From Escherichia coli (GTDB lineage: Bacteria > Pseudomonadota > Gammaproteobacteria > Enterobacterales > Enterobacteriaceae), in NCBI RefSeq assembly GCF_003334785.1, contig NZ_QOWV01000003.1: a DNA stretch of 64,000 nucleotides. One strand, given 5' to 3'. Shown here one piece after another: positions 1 to 14,635 of the stretch (position 1 is its first letter; each line of letters starts with the position of its first letter). The notes under the pieces are model-generated. The model worked only from the letters and a program-made list of their open reading frames with translations. It was not told the DNA's origin and did not search any database. Position numbers and translations under genes: made by a program.

Positions 1-182
1 CGCACAGCCTGGGGTTAAAAACGATCGCTGAAGGCGTCGAAACTGAGGAGCAGGTTAACTGGCTGCGCAAACGCGGCGTGCGCTATTGCCAGGGATGGTT
101 CTTTGCGAAGGCGATGCCGCCGCAGGTGTTTATGCAATGGATGGAGCAATTACCCGCGCGGGAGTTAACGCGCGGGCAATAA
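1..182 (+). CDS. pdeC: C-terminal end of c-di-GMP phosphodiesterase PdeC (YjcC); 5' part off-window
   Basis: Frame starting at nt 3 reads ...[55 protein letters not shown] with TAA at 180-182; tail typical of EAL domains; sits next to soxS as in K-12. Confidence 0.75.
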   Translation, partial: HSLGLKTIAEGVETEEQVNWLRKRGVRYCQGWFFAKAMPPQVFMQWMEQLPARELTRGQ

Positions 183-184
183 AA

Positions 185-508
185 TTACAGGCGGTGGCGA
201 TAATCGCTGGGAGTGCGATCAAACTGCCGACGGAAAACGCGGGAGAAGGTCTGCTGCGAGACATAACCCAGGTCCATTGCGATATCAAAAATCGGACGCT
301 CGGTGGTGCGCAACTCAACGGCGGCCAGTAACAGGCGGCGTTGGCGAATGTAATCGCCAAGCGTCTGATGCGTCACCGTGCGGAACATTCGTTGCAAGTA
401 CCACTTTGAATAGCCTGATTTTTTTGCGACTACATCAATGTTAAGCGGCTGGTCAATATGCTCGTCAATCCATGCGATAAGATCCTGAATAATTTTCTGA
501 TGGGACAT
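185..508 (-). CDS. soxS: SoxS, AraC/XylS-family superoxide-response activator (107 aa)
   Basis: ORF MSHQKIIQDLIAWIDEHIDQPLNIDVV... recognised as SoxS; divergent from soxR with SoxR operator in between. Confidence 0.97.
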   Translation of the reverse strand: MSHQKIIQDLIAWIDEHIDQPLNIDVVAKKSGYSKWYLQRMFRTVTHQTLGDYIRQRRLLLAAVELRTTERPIFDIAMDLGYVSQQTFSRVFRRQFDRTPSDYRHRL

Positions 509-564
509 AAATCTGCCTCTTTTCAGTGTTCAGTTCGTTAATTCATCTGTTGGGGAGTATAATT

Positions 565-582
565 CCTCAAGTTAACTTGAGG
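565..582. promoter_or_regulatory. SoxR operator inside the soxS promoter spacer
   Basis: Perfect 18-bp palindrome CCTCAAGTTAACTTGAGG between divergent soxS (start 508) and soxR (start 594). Confidence 0.85.
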
Positions 583-593
583 TAAAGCGATTT

Positions 594-1058
594 ATGGAAA
601 AGAAATTACCCCGCATTAAAGCGCTGCTAACCCCCGGCGAAGTGGCGAAACGCAGCGGTGTGGCGGTATCGGCGCTGCATTTCTATGAAAGTAAAGGGTT
701 GATTACCAGTATCCGTAACAGCGGCAATCAGCGGCGATATAAACGTGATGTGTTGCGATATGTTGCAATTATCAAAATTGCTCAGCGTATTGGCATTCCG
801 CTGGCGACCATTGGTGAAGCGTTTGGCGTGTTGCCCGAAGGGCATACGTTAAGTGCGAAAGAGTGGAAACAGCTTTCGTCCCAATGGCGAGAAGAGTTGG
901 ATCGGCGCATTCATACCTTAGTGGCGCTGCGTGACGAACTGGACGGATGTATTGGTTGTGGCTGCCTTTCGCGCAGTGATTGCCCGTTGCGTAACCCGGG
1001 CGACCGCTTAGGAGAAGAAGGTACCGGCGCACGCTTGCTGGAAGATGAACAAAACTAA
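594..1058 (+). CDS. soxR: SoxR, MerR-family redox-sensing [2Fe-2S] regulator (154 aa)
   Basis: N-terminal MerR HTH, C-terminal [12 protein letters not shown] cluster motif; sequence recognised. Confidence 0.97.
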   Translation: MEKKLPRIKALLTPGEVAKRSGVAVSALHFYESKGLITSIRNSGNQRRYKRDVLRYVAIIKIAQRIGIPLATIGEAFGVLPEGHTLSAKEWKQLSSQWREELDRRIHTLVALRDELDGCIGCGCLSRSDCPLRNPGDRLGEEGTGARLLEDEQN

Positions 1059-1190
1059 AGCGCCACAAGGGCGCTTTAGTTTGTTTTCCGGTCTTTGTCT
1101 TTCTCTCTATCCCGCTGGTACACAGGAGGGTTTCCCCCGACGTCAACACACCTCATTCGAGCACGTGGTGGAGGTTCCGGTTGGTGTTGA
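1051..1190 (-). ncRNA. ryjA: Probable RyjA small RNA, antisense to the soxR 3' end (boundaries approximate)
   Basis: From memory a ~140-nt sRNA lies here in K-12. In sequence there is a minus-strand TACAAT -10 hexamer (1198-1203) about 7 nt upstream of ~1190, and the terminator hairpin at 1057-1077. Confidence 0.45.
1057..1077. terminator. Bidirectional intrinsic terminator (soxR on +, ryjA on -)
   Basis: AAAGCGCC-ACAAG-GGCGCTTT hairpin overlapping the soxR stop; T-rich run follows on both strands (AGTTTGTTTT on +, AGTTTTGTTC on -). Confidence 0.7.
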
Positions 1191-1331
1191 TGCTTTAATT
1201 GTATGTCACCGACGTTTCTTCGCCAGTGTAAAAGTATACTTTTTAACCGCAATATTTTTGTCATCTCAGACGATTTTTTATCGCAATCCTGAACGGTATA
1301 CGGCTCGATAACGCTGCAATCTTGCGCACCG

Positions 1332-1347
1332 ACGATAACGTTTGCGC
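1332..1347. promoter_or_regulatory. Candidate PurR operator upstream of ghxP
   Basis: ACGATAACGTTTGCGC matches the PurR palindrome ACGCAAACGTTTGCGT at 13/16 positions by my count; related AACGTTTGC cores recur at ~1437, 1474-1489 and ~1533. Confidence 0.4.
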
Positions 1348-1603
1348 ATCAATTGCCTGGTTTTTCATCGTCAAGACAATAAAAGAGAAAAAAGCAGCAA
1401 ACTTCGGTTGAAAAAGCCGCTATGATCGCCGGATAATCGTTTGCTTTTTTTACCACCCGTTTTGTATGCGCGGAGCTAAACGTTTGCTTTTTTGCGACGC
1501 AGCAAATTGTCGCAAACCTGGAGCAGGAAGATAACGTTTCGCTGGCAGGGGATTGTCCGCCACGCATCTTGACGAAAATTAAACTCTCAGGGGATGTTTT
1601 CTT

Positions 1604-2953
1604 ATGTCTACGCCATCAGCGCGTACCGGCGGTTCACTCGACGCCTGGTTTAAAATTTCACAACGTGGAAGCACTGTCCGTCAGGAAGTGGTTGCCGGGT
1701 TAACAACGTTTCTGGCGATGGTCTACTCGGTCATCGTCGTTCCAGGTATGTTGGGTAAAGCAGGCTTCCCGCCTGCGGCAGTTTTCGTTGCAACCTGTCT
1801 GGTTGCCGGACTCGGTTCTATCGTGATGGGTCTGTGGGCTAATCTGCCGTTGGCGATTGGTTGCGCCATCTCCCTGACAGCGTTTACCGCATTCAGCCTG
1901 GTGCTGGGGCAACATATTAGCGTACCTGTCGCGCTGGGTGCCGTGTTCCTGATGGGTGTGCTGTTTACGGTAATTTCTGCCACGGGTATCCGTAGCTGGA
2001 TTTTGCGCAACTTGCCTCACGGTGTGGCGCACGGCACGGGGATTGGTATCGGTCTGTTCCTGCTGCTCATTGCCGCTAACGGTGTCGGTCTGGTGATTAA
2101 AAACCCGCTTGATGGTCTGCCCGTTGCGCTGGGTGATTTCGCGACCTTCCCGGTGATTATGTCACTGGTAGGTCTGGCGGTGATCATCGGCCTGGAAAAA
2201 CTGAAAGTCCCTGGTGGCATTCTGCTGACCATTATCGGTATCTCAATTGTCGGTTTGATCTTCGATCCTAACGTCCATTTCTCCGGCGTTTTCGCCATGC
2301 CTTCATTGAGCGATGAAAACGGCAATTCACTGATTGGCAGCCTGGACATTATGGGCGCGCTGAATCCTGTAGTCCTGCCAAGCGTTCTGGCGCTGGTGAT
2401 GACGGCAGTATTTGATGCCACCGGAACTATCCGTGCCGTCGCCGGCCAGGCGAACCTGCTGGATAAAGATGGGCAGATCATCGACGGTGGGAAAGCACTG
2501 ACCACTGACTCCATGAGCAGCGTTTTCTCTGGCCTGGTGGGTGCGGCTCCGGCAGCGGTATACATCGAGTCTGCGGCGGGTACGGCGGCGGGCGGTAAAA
2601 CCGGTTTGACGGCTATCACCGTTGGCGTGCTGTTCCTCCTGATTCTGTTCCTCTCTCCGCTCTCTTACCTCGTTCCGGGGTATGCAACGGCTCCGGCGCT
2701 GATGTACGTTGGCCTGCTGATGCTGAGCAACGTGGCGAAAATCGACTTTGCTGATTTTGTTGATGCGATGGCGGGTCTGGTTACGGCTGTATTCATCGTG
2801 CTGACCTGTAACATCGTAACAGGCATCATGATCGGCTTCGCGACTCTGGTGATTGGTCGTCTGGTTTCCGGCGAATGGCGCAAGTTGAACATCGGTACGG
2901 TCGTTATCGCCGTGGCGCTGGTGACCTTCTATGCGGGTGGCTGGGCTATCTAA
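1604..2953 (+). CDS. ghxP: Guanine/hypoxanthine permease GhxP (YjcD), NCS2/AzgA-like, 449 aa
   Basis: Polytopic membrane [44 protein letters not shown]... recognised; SD-like GGGGA upstream. Confidence 0.93.
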
Positions 2954-2971
2954 TCTTTCATCGGATTCTGA

Positions 2972-3005
2972 AAACGGGTGGCAATGGCTGCCCGTTTTTA
3001 TTTTC
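2972..3005 (+). terminator. ghxP intrinsic terminator
   Basis: AAACGGG...CCCGTTT stem (2972-2978 / 2991-2997) followed by TTTATTTT. Confidence 0.7.
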
Positions 3006-3103
3006 TCCGCACATTGTGTGAGCTTTTGCGATATTCTGAAAAAATGAGAATTCAGGCATAACGTCTTTCTCAGATCATAAAAAACATCGCAAACAGGGAA
3101 CGC

Positions 3104-4753
3104 ATGGAAATCTTCTTCACCATACTGATAATGACCCTCGTGGTCTCGCTGTCCGGGGTGGTCACTCGTGTCATGCCCTTTCAGATCCCGCTTCCGCTTA
3201 TGCAAATCGCCATCGGTGCGCTACTGGCGTGGCCGACGTTTGGTTTGCATGTGGAGTTTGATCCTGAACTCTTTTTAGTCTTGTTTATCCCGCCGTTGCT
3301 GTTCGCTGATGGCTGGAAAACGCCGACCCGTGAATTTCTCGAACATGGTCGAGAGATTTTCGGCCTCGCGCTGGCGCTGGTGGTGGTCACCGTGGTCGGC
3401 ATTGGCTTCCTTATTTACTGGGTGGTGCCGGGCATTCCGCTGATCCCTGCCTTTGCGCTGGCGGCGGTGCTTTCTCCGACCGATGCTGTGGCGCTCTCCG
3501 GGATTGTTGGCGAAGGGCGCATCCCGAAAAAAATCATGGGCATTTTGCAGGGCGAAGCGTTGATGAATGACGCCTCCGGTCTGGTGTCGTTGAAGTTTGC
3601 CGTAGCAGTGGCGATGGGGACGATGATCTTCACCGTCGGCGGTGCGACGGTCGAATTTATGAAAGTAGCCATTGGCGGTATTCTCGCCGGTTTTGTGGTG
3701 AGCTGGCTGTACGGTCGCTCGCTGCGATTCCTCAGCCGCTGGGGCGGTGATGAACCCGCGACGCAGATCGTCCTGCTGTTCCTGCTGCCATTCGCTTCTT
3801 ATCTGATTGCCGAACATATTGGCGTTTCCGGCATCCTCGCTGCGGTTGCCGCCGGGATGACCATCACCCGCTCCGGTGTGATGCGCCGTGCGCCGCTGGC
3901 AATGCGCCTGCGTGCAAACAGCACCTGGGCGATGCTGGAATTTGTCTTTAACGGCATGGTGTTCCTGCTGTTAGGTCTGCAGCTGCCGGGTATTCTGGAG
4001 ACGTCGCTGATGGCAGCAGAAATCGACCCTAACGTCGAAATCTGGATGCTGTTTACCGATATTATTCTGATATATGCGGCGCTGATGCTGGTCCGTTTCG
4101 GCTGGCTGTGGACGATGAAAAAGTTCAGCAACCGCTTCCTGAAGAAGAAGCCGATGGAGTTTGGTTCGTGGACCACACGAGAAATCCTGATCGCGTCTTT
4201 CGCCGGGGTGCGTGGGGCGATCACTCTGGCCGGTGTGCTCTCTATCCCGCTGCTCTTGCCGGATGGTAACGTCTTCCCGGCGCGCTATGAGCTGGTGTTC
4301 CTGGCGGCTGGCGTCATTCTCTTCTCGCTGTTTGTCGGCGTGGTGATGTTGCCTATTCTGCTACAACACATTGAAGTCGCGGATCATTCGCAACAATTGA
4401 AAGAGGAACGTATTGCGCGAGCGGCAACGGCAGAAGTGGCGATTGTGGCGATCCAGAAAATGGAGGAGCGTCTGGCGGCGGATACCGAAGAGAATATCGA
4501 TAACCAGCTGCTTACGGAGGTCAGTTCTCGCGTCATTGGTAACCTGCGTCGTCGCGCCGATGGACGTAACGACGTTGAAAGTTCCGTGCAGGAAGAGAAC
4601 CTTGAGCGTCGCTTCCGTCTGGCGGCATTGCGTTCTGAACGTGCTGAACTTTACCACCTGCGCGCCACACGGGAGATCAGCAACGAAACGCTGCAAAAAT
4701 TACTGCACGATCTCGATTTGCTTGAAGCGTTGCTAATTGAGGAAAATCAGTAA
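3104..4753 (+). CDS. yjcE: YjcE, CPA1-family Na+/H+ (cation/proton) exchanger, 549 aa
   Basis: About 12 TM segments plus a charged C-terminal coiled region; sequence recognised as YjcE. Confidence 0.93.
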   Translation: MEIFFTILIMTLVVSLSGVVTRVMPFQIPLPLMQIAIGALLAWPTFGLHVEFDPELFLVLFIPPLLFADGWKTPTREFLEHGREIFGLALALVVVTVVGIGFLIYWVVPGIPLIPAFALAAVLSPTDAVALSGIVGEGRIPKKIMGILQGEALMNDASGLVSLKFAVAVAMGTMIFTVGGATVEFMKVAIGGILAGFVVSWLYGRSLRFLSRWGGDEPATQIVLLFLLPFASYLIAEHIGVSGILAAVAAGMTITRSGVMRRAPLAMRLRANSTWAMLEFVFNGMVFLLLGLQLPGILETSLMAAEIDPNVEIWMLFTDIILIYAALMLVRFGWLWTMKKFSNRFLKKKPMEFGSWTTREILIASFAGVRGAITLAGVLSIPLLLPDGNVFPARYELVFLAAGVILFSLFVGVVMLPILLQHIEVADHSQQLKEERIARAATAEVAIVAIQKMEERLAADTEENIDNQLLTEVSSRVIGNLRRRADGRNDVESSVQEENLERRFRLAALRSERAELYHLRATREISNETLQKLLHDLDLLEALLIEENQ

Positions 4754-4790
4754 GCCGAAAGCGACGTAACCAGGCCCGAGGTAATCTGAA

Positions 4791-4814
4791 AAAGGTGCAA
4801 TCTTTTGCACCTTT
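4791..4814. terminator. Hairpin between convergent yjcE and yjcF (better terminator on the minus strand)
   Basis: AAAGGTGCAA-TCTT-TTGCACCTTT; on the minus strand the stem is followed by T5; nested outer inverted repeat GCCCGAG (4774-4780) / CTCGGGC (4825-4831). Confidence 0.65.
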
Positions 4815-4906
4815 AACAGGTTAGCTCGGGCTAACATTCATGATTCTAAAACAAATAAGTTATCTCTCTTTTAAAGTCAATTCATTGGCTGTTCTTCGAC
4901 TTAACC

Positions 4907-6199
4907 TCAATCTGCATCTTGCATAATATCTGCAGTAATCTTCATAGCGACTGCATGAAGATTATCCTCAGTTTGTGACATGCCAGTATGAGTGGCACAA
5001 TCTTCTTCAAAGAATTTCTGTAGTGTTACCAGGATATCACTATTAATGGAGATATTTTCCTCACCACGGAGAATGGTAATACCCATTCCCTGGACGCTAG
5101 CCTCATCGAAATTAACACGATAGAGACGGATATTAAACATCCAGGCTTTTGTTAAAACAGAACAGTTGAAATGGCAATTGCTTAAATTGGCATTATTAAA
5201 ATTAACATTAGCCATATTAGAGCCGGTACATATAACCATTTCGAGGAACGTATTTGTTAACCGCGTAAAAAAGAGTTTGCTATCAATTAAGTTTATATTC
5301 TGGAGGGTTGCTTTATTCAGGTTGACACGAGACAGATCAGCATGTTCAAAGTTAATTAAATCAAGTTTAGAGAAGCTAAGGTCGGCTCTAAATAAATTAA
5401 TATATGGCGCTATTACTTTATAAAGATTTACCTCAGCCATGTATGCCATATAAAAATTTGAATAATCAAGGAAGGTATTTTTAATATTGGCTCTATTCAT
5501 TGTTGCATTGTAGAATTGAACATGCATAGCGGAACATGAATTTAGAGTTCCGTCAGTCATTTTTATCTGAGCGAAATTTGAGTCATCGAGAATACAATTA
5601 TCAAAAAGTATTTTTTCCATTATGGCGAAATTAAAATTCGTTTTATACATATTACAGTCCTGAAAAATAGCGTTTTGTAGTCTGCAACCTGCAAAATTCG
5701 AATTGGATAAATCTTCATCTTTAATCACGATACCTTTCAGGCTAAGGTGTGAAAAATCGTAACCACCATTTACTGTCTGTGGGATTTCGATAGTATTATT
5801 ATGGACGGTGACATTATTTATAAAATATACCACCTTAATTGACACTTCCTTATCTTTATTAAGGTAAACTCTTCTCGTAATTCTATCGTCACATTTATTA
5901 TTTGCATGTGAAGCTATATCTATAAAATATTTATGTATTTTCCTGTCCGTTTCTTTCGTGATTTTTCCTGATGGTAAACTATCATAAATTCTTTTCATTT
6001 TCTGAATCAAGCCTATCACTTTTTCATGATCATCCATTTTGAAAAGAGAGAGGGCTTTATTGTCAATTAACGTGTTTTTATGATGTTTGCTGTAATTATC
6101 TGATTTTGTTTTCTTTGTATGTGATGGACTTGTGACAGAGTGGTTATCGTTAATCAGGCAAAGAGGGAAAAACATATTATTTAAACCATTATAGCGCAT
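4907..6199 (-). CDS. yjcF: YjcF, pentapeptide-repeat protein of unknown function, 430 aa
   Basis: C-terminal ~260 aa is a continuous run of A(D/N)LxX-type pentapeptide repeats (ANLSNCHFNCSVLTKAWMFN, ADLSRVNLNKATLQNINLIDS...); strongly AT-rich gene. Confidence 0.9.
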   Translation of the reverse strand: MRYNGLNNMFFPLCLINDNHSVTSPSHTKKTKSDNYSKHHKNTLIDNKALSLFKMDDHEKVIGLIQKMKRIYDSLPSGKITKETDRKIHKYFIDIASHANNKCDDRITRRVYLNKDKEVSIKVVYFINNVTVHNNTIEIPQTVNGGYDFSHLSLKGIVIKDEDLSNSNFAGCRLQNAIFQDCNMYKTNFNFAIMEKILFDNCILDDSNFAQIKMTDGTLNSCSAMHVQFYNATMNRANIKNTFLDYSNFYMAYMAEVNLYKVIAPYINLFRADLSFSKLDLINFEHADLSRVNLNKATLQNINLIDSKLFFTRLTNTFLEMVICTGSNMANVNFNNANLSNCHFNCSVLTKAWMFNIRLYRVNFDEASVQGMGITILRGEENISINSDILVTLQKFFEEDCATHTGMSQTEDNLHAVAMKITADIMQDAD

Positions 6200-6345
6200 A
6201 AAATATCCTTATAATTAACAAGAAAGAAAAGGCATATTCTCTGCATTATCATTTTCTACGACTGTCAAAAATCGCTCATTTTTTAATGAGTTTATTTGTT
6301 TAATATTATGGGAAAAGGTGATGCATTTGGGAGAGGAAGAGTATT

Positions 6346-6365
6346 CCCCGGTCAGACGACCGGGG
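6346..6365 (-). terminator. Hairpin downstream of actP (weak terminator)
   Basis: CCCCGGTC-AGAC-GACCGGGG, 11 nt after the actP stop; no strong U-run. Confidence 0.4.
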
Positions 6366-6376
6366 AAGGGGAGAGA

Positions 6377-8337
<1,961 letters not shown>

Positions 8338-8424
8338 CACAGATTCTCCAGAGGTAATGTAGGGATTGTTTTAATTCCCGCTCCCTTATGGGAGAAGGTT
8401 AACGCTCGGGTAACCCTTGCCGAA

Positions 8425-8504
<80 letters not shown>

Positions 8505-8536
8505 ACCGTTACCGACTCGCATCGGGCAATTGTGGG

Positions 8537-10495
<1,959 letters not shown>

Positions 10496-10712
10496 GCTTT
10501 TGTTCTCCTTGTAGGATGTTAATAATATGTGGCATAAGCGTTAAATGTAGGGGTATTGGCAGTTTTGTTTAGTATTTGGGCGACAGATCACGCAAAAGTA
10601 GAATTGTGCAAATAAACGGCAGGGTAATTTTTGAAGGTCAGCAACAAAAGTTGATTAATTCTTTGAGGAACATGCAGTTATGCATGCTGTTGAAAAAGAG
10701 GAAGATACTGAC

Positions 10713-10728
10713 TAACTCTAAAGTGGTA
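10713..10728 (+). promoter_or_regulatory. NarL/NarP 7-2-7 site of the nrfA promoter
   Basis: TAACTCT-AA-AGTGGTA inverted heptamers (consensus TACYYMT); centre lies 33 bp upstream of the FNR-site centre, consistent with the known -74.5/-41.5 layout. Confidence 0.6.
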
Positions 10729-10746
10729 TTTTACATGCACTTACAA

Positions 10747-10760
10747 TTGATTAAAGACAA
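10747..10760 (+). promoter_or_regulatory. FNR site of the nrfA promoter
   Basis: TTGAT-TAAA-GACAA against consensus TTGAT-N4-ATCAA, about 130 bp upstream of the nrfA ATG. Confidence 0.6.
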
Positions 10761-10845
10761 CATTCACAGTGTGGTTATTTGTTACACATAGGGGCGAGCA
10801 ATGTCATGACAGTGTAGGTGCGGTTACTGTCGTGAAAAACAATAA

Positions 10846-12324
<1,479 letters not shown>

Positions 12325-12368
12325 CCCCGTTCCGCCTCGCAAGGGGCGGAAAACACAATGGAGTGAAT

Positions 12369-12935
12369 ATGAGCGTATTACGTTCGTTATTAACTGCCGG
12401 GGTGCTGGCGTCGGGCCTGTTGTGGAGCCTGAACGGAATTACCGCTACCCCTGCGGCGCAGGCATCTGATGATCGCTACGAAGTTACCCAGCAGCGTAAC
12501 CCGGATGCCGCCTGTCTGGACTGTCATAAACCAGATACCGAAGGTATGCATGGAAAACATGCTTCCGTTATCAACCCGAATAACAAACTGCCGGTCACCT
12601 GCACCAACTGTCACGGCCAGCCATCACCGCAACACCGCGAAGGGGTGAAAGATGTGATGCGCTTTAACGAGCCGATGTACAAGGTTGGAGAGCAGAACAG
12701 CGTCTGTATGTCCTGTCATCTGCCGGAACAGTTGCAAAAAGCGTTCTGGCCGCACGATGTCCACGTAACCAAAGTGGCGTGCGCCAGCTGCCATTCCCTG
12801 CATCCACAGCAAGATACGATGCAGACGTTAAGTGACAAAGGACGGATTAAGATTTGCGTCGATTGCCACAGCGATCAGCGCACCAATCCGAACTTTAACC
12901 CGGCGTCTGTTCCGTTGCTTAAGGAGCAGCCATGA
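12369..12935 (+). CDS. nrfB: NrfB pentahaem cytochrome c, 188 aa
   Basis: Five CxxCH motifs (CLDCH, CTNCH, CMSCH, CASCH, CVDCH); ATG at 12369 preceded by AATGGAG. Confidence 0.93.
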
Positions 12936-13603
12936 CCTGGTCTCGTCGCCAGTTTCTCACCGGCGTCGGCGTGCTGGCAGCCGTCAGCGGCACCGCAGGG
13001 CGCGTGGTGGCGAAAACGTTGAATATCAATGGGGTGCGTTACGGCATGGTGCATGACGAGTCGTTATGCATCGGCTGTACCGCCTGTATGGATGCTTGTC
13101 GGGAAGTGAACAAGGTGCCGGAAGGCGTCTCGCGCCTGACGATTATTCGTAGCGAGCCGCAGGGCGAATTTCCTGATGTGAAATATCGCTTCTTCCGTAA
13201 GTCTTGCCAGCACTGCGATCATGCGCCGTGCGTTGACGTCTGCCCGACCGGTGCGTCTTTTCGCGATGCTGCCAGTGGGATTGTCGATGTTAATCCGGAT
13301 CTCTGCGTCGGTTGTCAGTACTGCATCGCCGCCTGTCCGTACCGCGTGCGCTTTATCCATCCGGTCACGAAGACGGCGGACAAATGCGATTTCTGCCGTA
13401 AGACCAATTTGCAGGCCGGTAAGTTGCCCGCGTGCGTTGAAGCTTGCCCGACCAAGGCGCTGACGTTTGGCAATCTGGACGATCCCAACAGTGAGATTTC
13501 GCAACTGCTGCGCCAGAAGCCCACTTACCGCTACAAGCTGGCGCTGGGAACCAAACCGAAGCTGTACCGCGTACCGTTTAAATACGGGGAGGTGAGCCAA
13601 TGA
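12932..13603 (+). CDS. nrfC: NrfC, Tat-exported 4x[4Fe-4S] ferredoxin-type subunit, 223 aa
   Basis: SRRQFLTG twin-arginine signal; four Cys clusters ([11 protein letters not shown] and others); ATGA overlap with nrfB. Confidence 0.95.
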
Positions 13604-14556
13604 CGCAGACTTCCGCATTTCATTTTGAATCGCTGGTGTGGGACTGGCCGATTGCCATCTACCTGTTTTTGATTGGTATTTCTGCTGGTCTGGTGACGCT
13701 GGCCGTGCTGTTACGTCGCTTCTACCCGCAGGCGGGCGGTGCAGACAGTACGTTGCTGCGCACCACGCTGATTGTCGGGCCGGGCGCGGTGATCCTCGGT
13801 CTGTTGATCCTCGTCTTCCACCTGACAAGACCGTGGACCTTCTGGAAGCTGATGTTCCACTACAGTTTTACCTCGGTGATGTCGATGGGGGTGATGCTGT
13901 TTCAGCTCTACATGGTGGTGCTGGTGCTGTGGCTGGCGAAAATCTTTGAACATGATTTGCTTGCCCTGCAACAACGCTGGTTGCCGAAGCTGGGGATCGT
14001 GCAAAAGGTTCTGAGCCTGCTGACGCCCGTTCATCGCGGACTGGAAACATTGATGCTGGTGCTGGCGGTGTTGTTGGGGGCTTATACCGGCTTTCTGCTG
14101 TCGGCGCTGAAATCGTATCCGTTCCTCAATAACCCGATCCTGCCGGTGCTGTTCCTCTTCTCCGGCATCTCGTCCGGTGCGGCGGTGGCGCTGATCGCCA
14201 TGGCGATACGCCAACGCAGTAACCCGCATTCCACGGAAGCGCAGTTTGTACACCGTATGGAAATCCCTGTGGTATGGGGTGAAATCTTCCTGCTGGTGGC
14301 GTTTTTTGTCGGTCTGGCGCTGGGCGATGACGGTAAAGTTCGTGCGCTGGTGGCGGCATTAGGTGGCGGTTTCTGGACGTGGTGGTTCTGGCTTGGTGTC
14401 GCCGGGCTGGGGCTGATTGTGCCAATGCTGCTCAAACCGTGGGTCAATCGCAGTTCCGGCATTCCTGCCGTGCTGGCGGCGTGTGGGGCCAGTCTGGTCG
14501 GCGTGTTGATGCTGCGCTTTTTCATTCTCTACGCCGGACAGTTGACGGTGGCGTAA
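13600..14556 (+). CDS. nrfD: NrfD, integral-membrane quinol-oxidising subunit, 318 aa
   Basis: NrfD/PsrC-like polytopic ORF; ATGA overlap with nrfC. Confidence 0.95.
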   Translation: MTQTSAFHFESLVWDWPIAIYLFLIGISAGLVTLAVLLRRFYPQAGGADSTLLRTTLIVGPGAVILGLLILVFHLTRPWTFWKLMFHYSFTSVMSMGVMLFQLYMVVLVLWLAKIFEHDLLALQQRWLPKLGIVQKVLSLLTPVHRGLETLMLVLAVLLGAYTGFLLSALKSYPFLNNPILPVLFLFSGISSGAAVALIAMAIRQRSNPHSTEAQFVHRMEIPVVWGEIFLLVAFFVGLALGDDGKVRALVAALGGGFWTWWFWLGVAGLGLIVPMLLKPWVNRSSGIPAVLAACGASLVGVLMLRFFILYAGQLTVA

Positions 14557-14635
14557 GCCAGAAAAGAGGTGGTTTCTGGACGTATTCCTTCCTGAAGTCG
14601 GTTTTCTGGCGTTGTTGTTAAGTCTCGGGGTCAAC

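Noticed and set aside
1045-1567. Short ORFs in the soxR-ghxP intergenic region (1045-1311 +, 1076-1264 -, 1349-1567 -).
   Set aside because: They have no SD and an odd composition. The region is better explained by the ryjA sRNA, a terminator and the ghxP regulatory repeats.
4840-6340. yjcF AT-rich island considered as a mobile element or prophage remnant.
   Set aside because: I could find no integrase, transposase, flanking direct or inverted repeats, or adjacent tRNA. It is kept only as a compositional island (see findings).
10576-10791. 71-aa ORF in the acs-nrfA intergenic region.
   Set aside because: It is AT-rich, has no SD, and is overlaid by the FNR and NarL/P sites of the nrfA promoter. 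This is a regulatory region, not a coding one.
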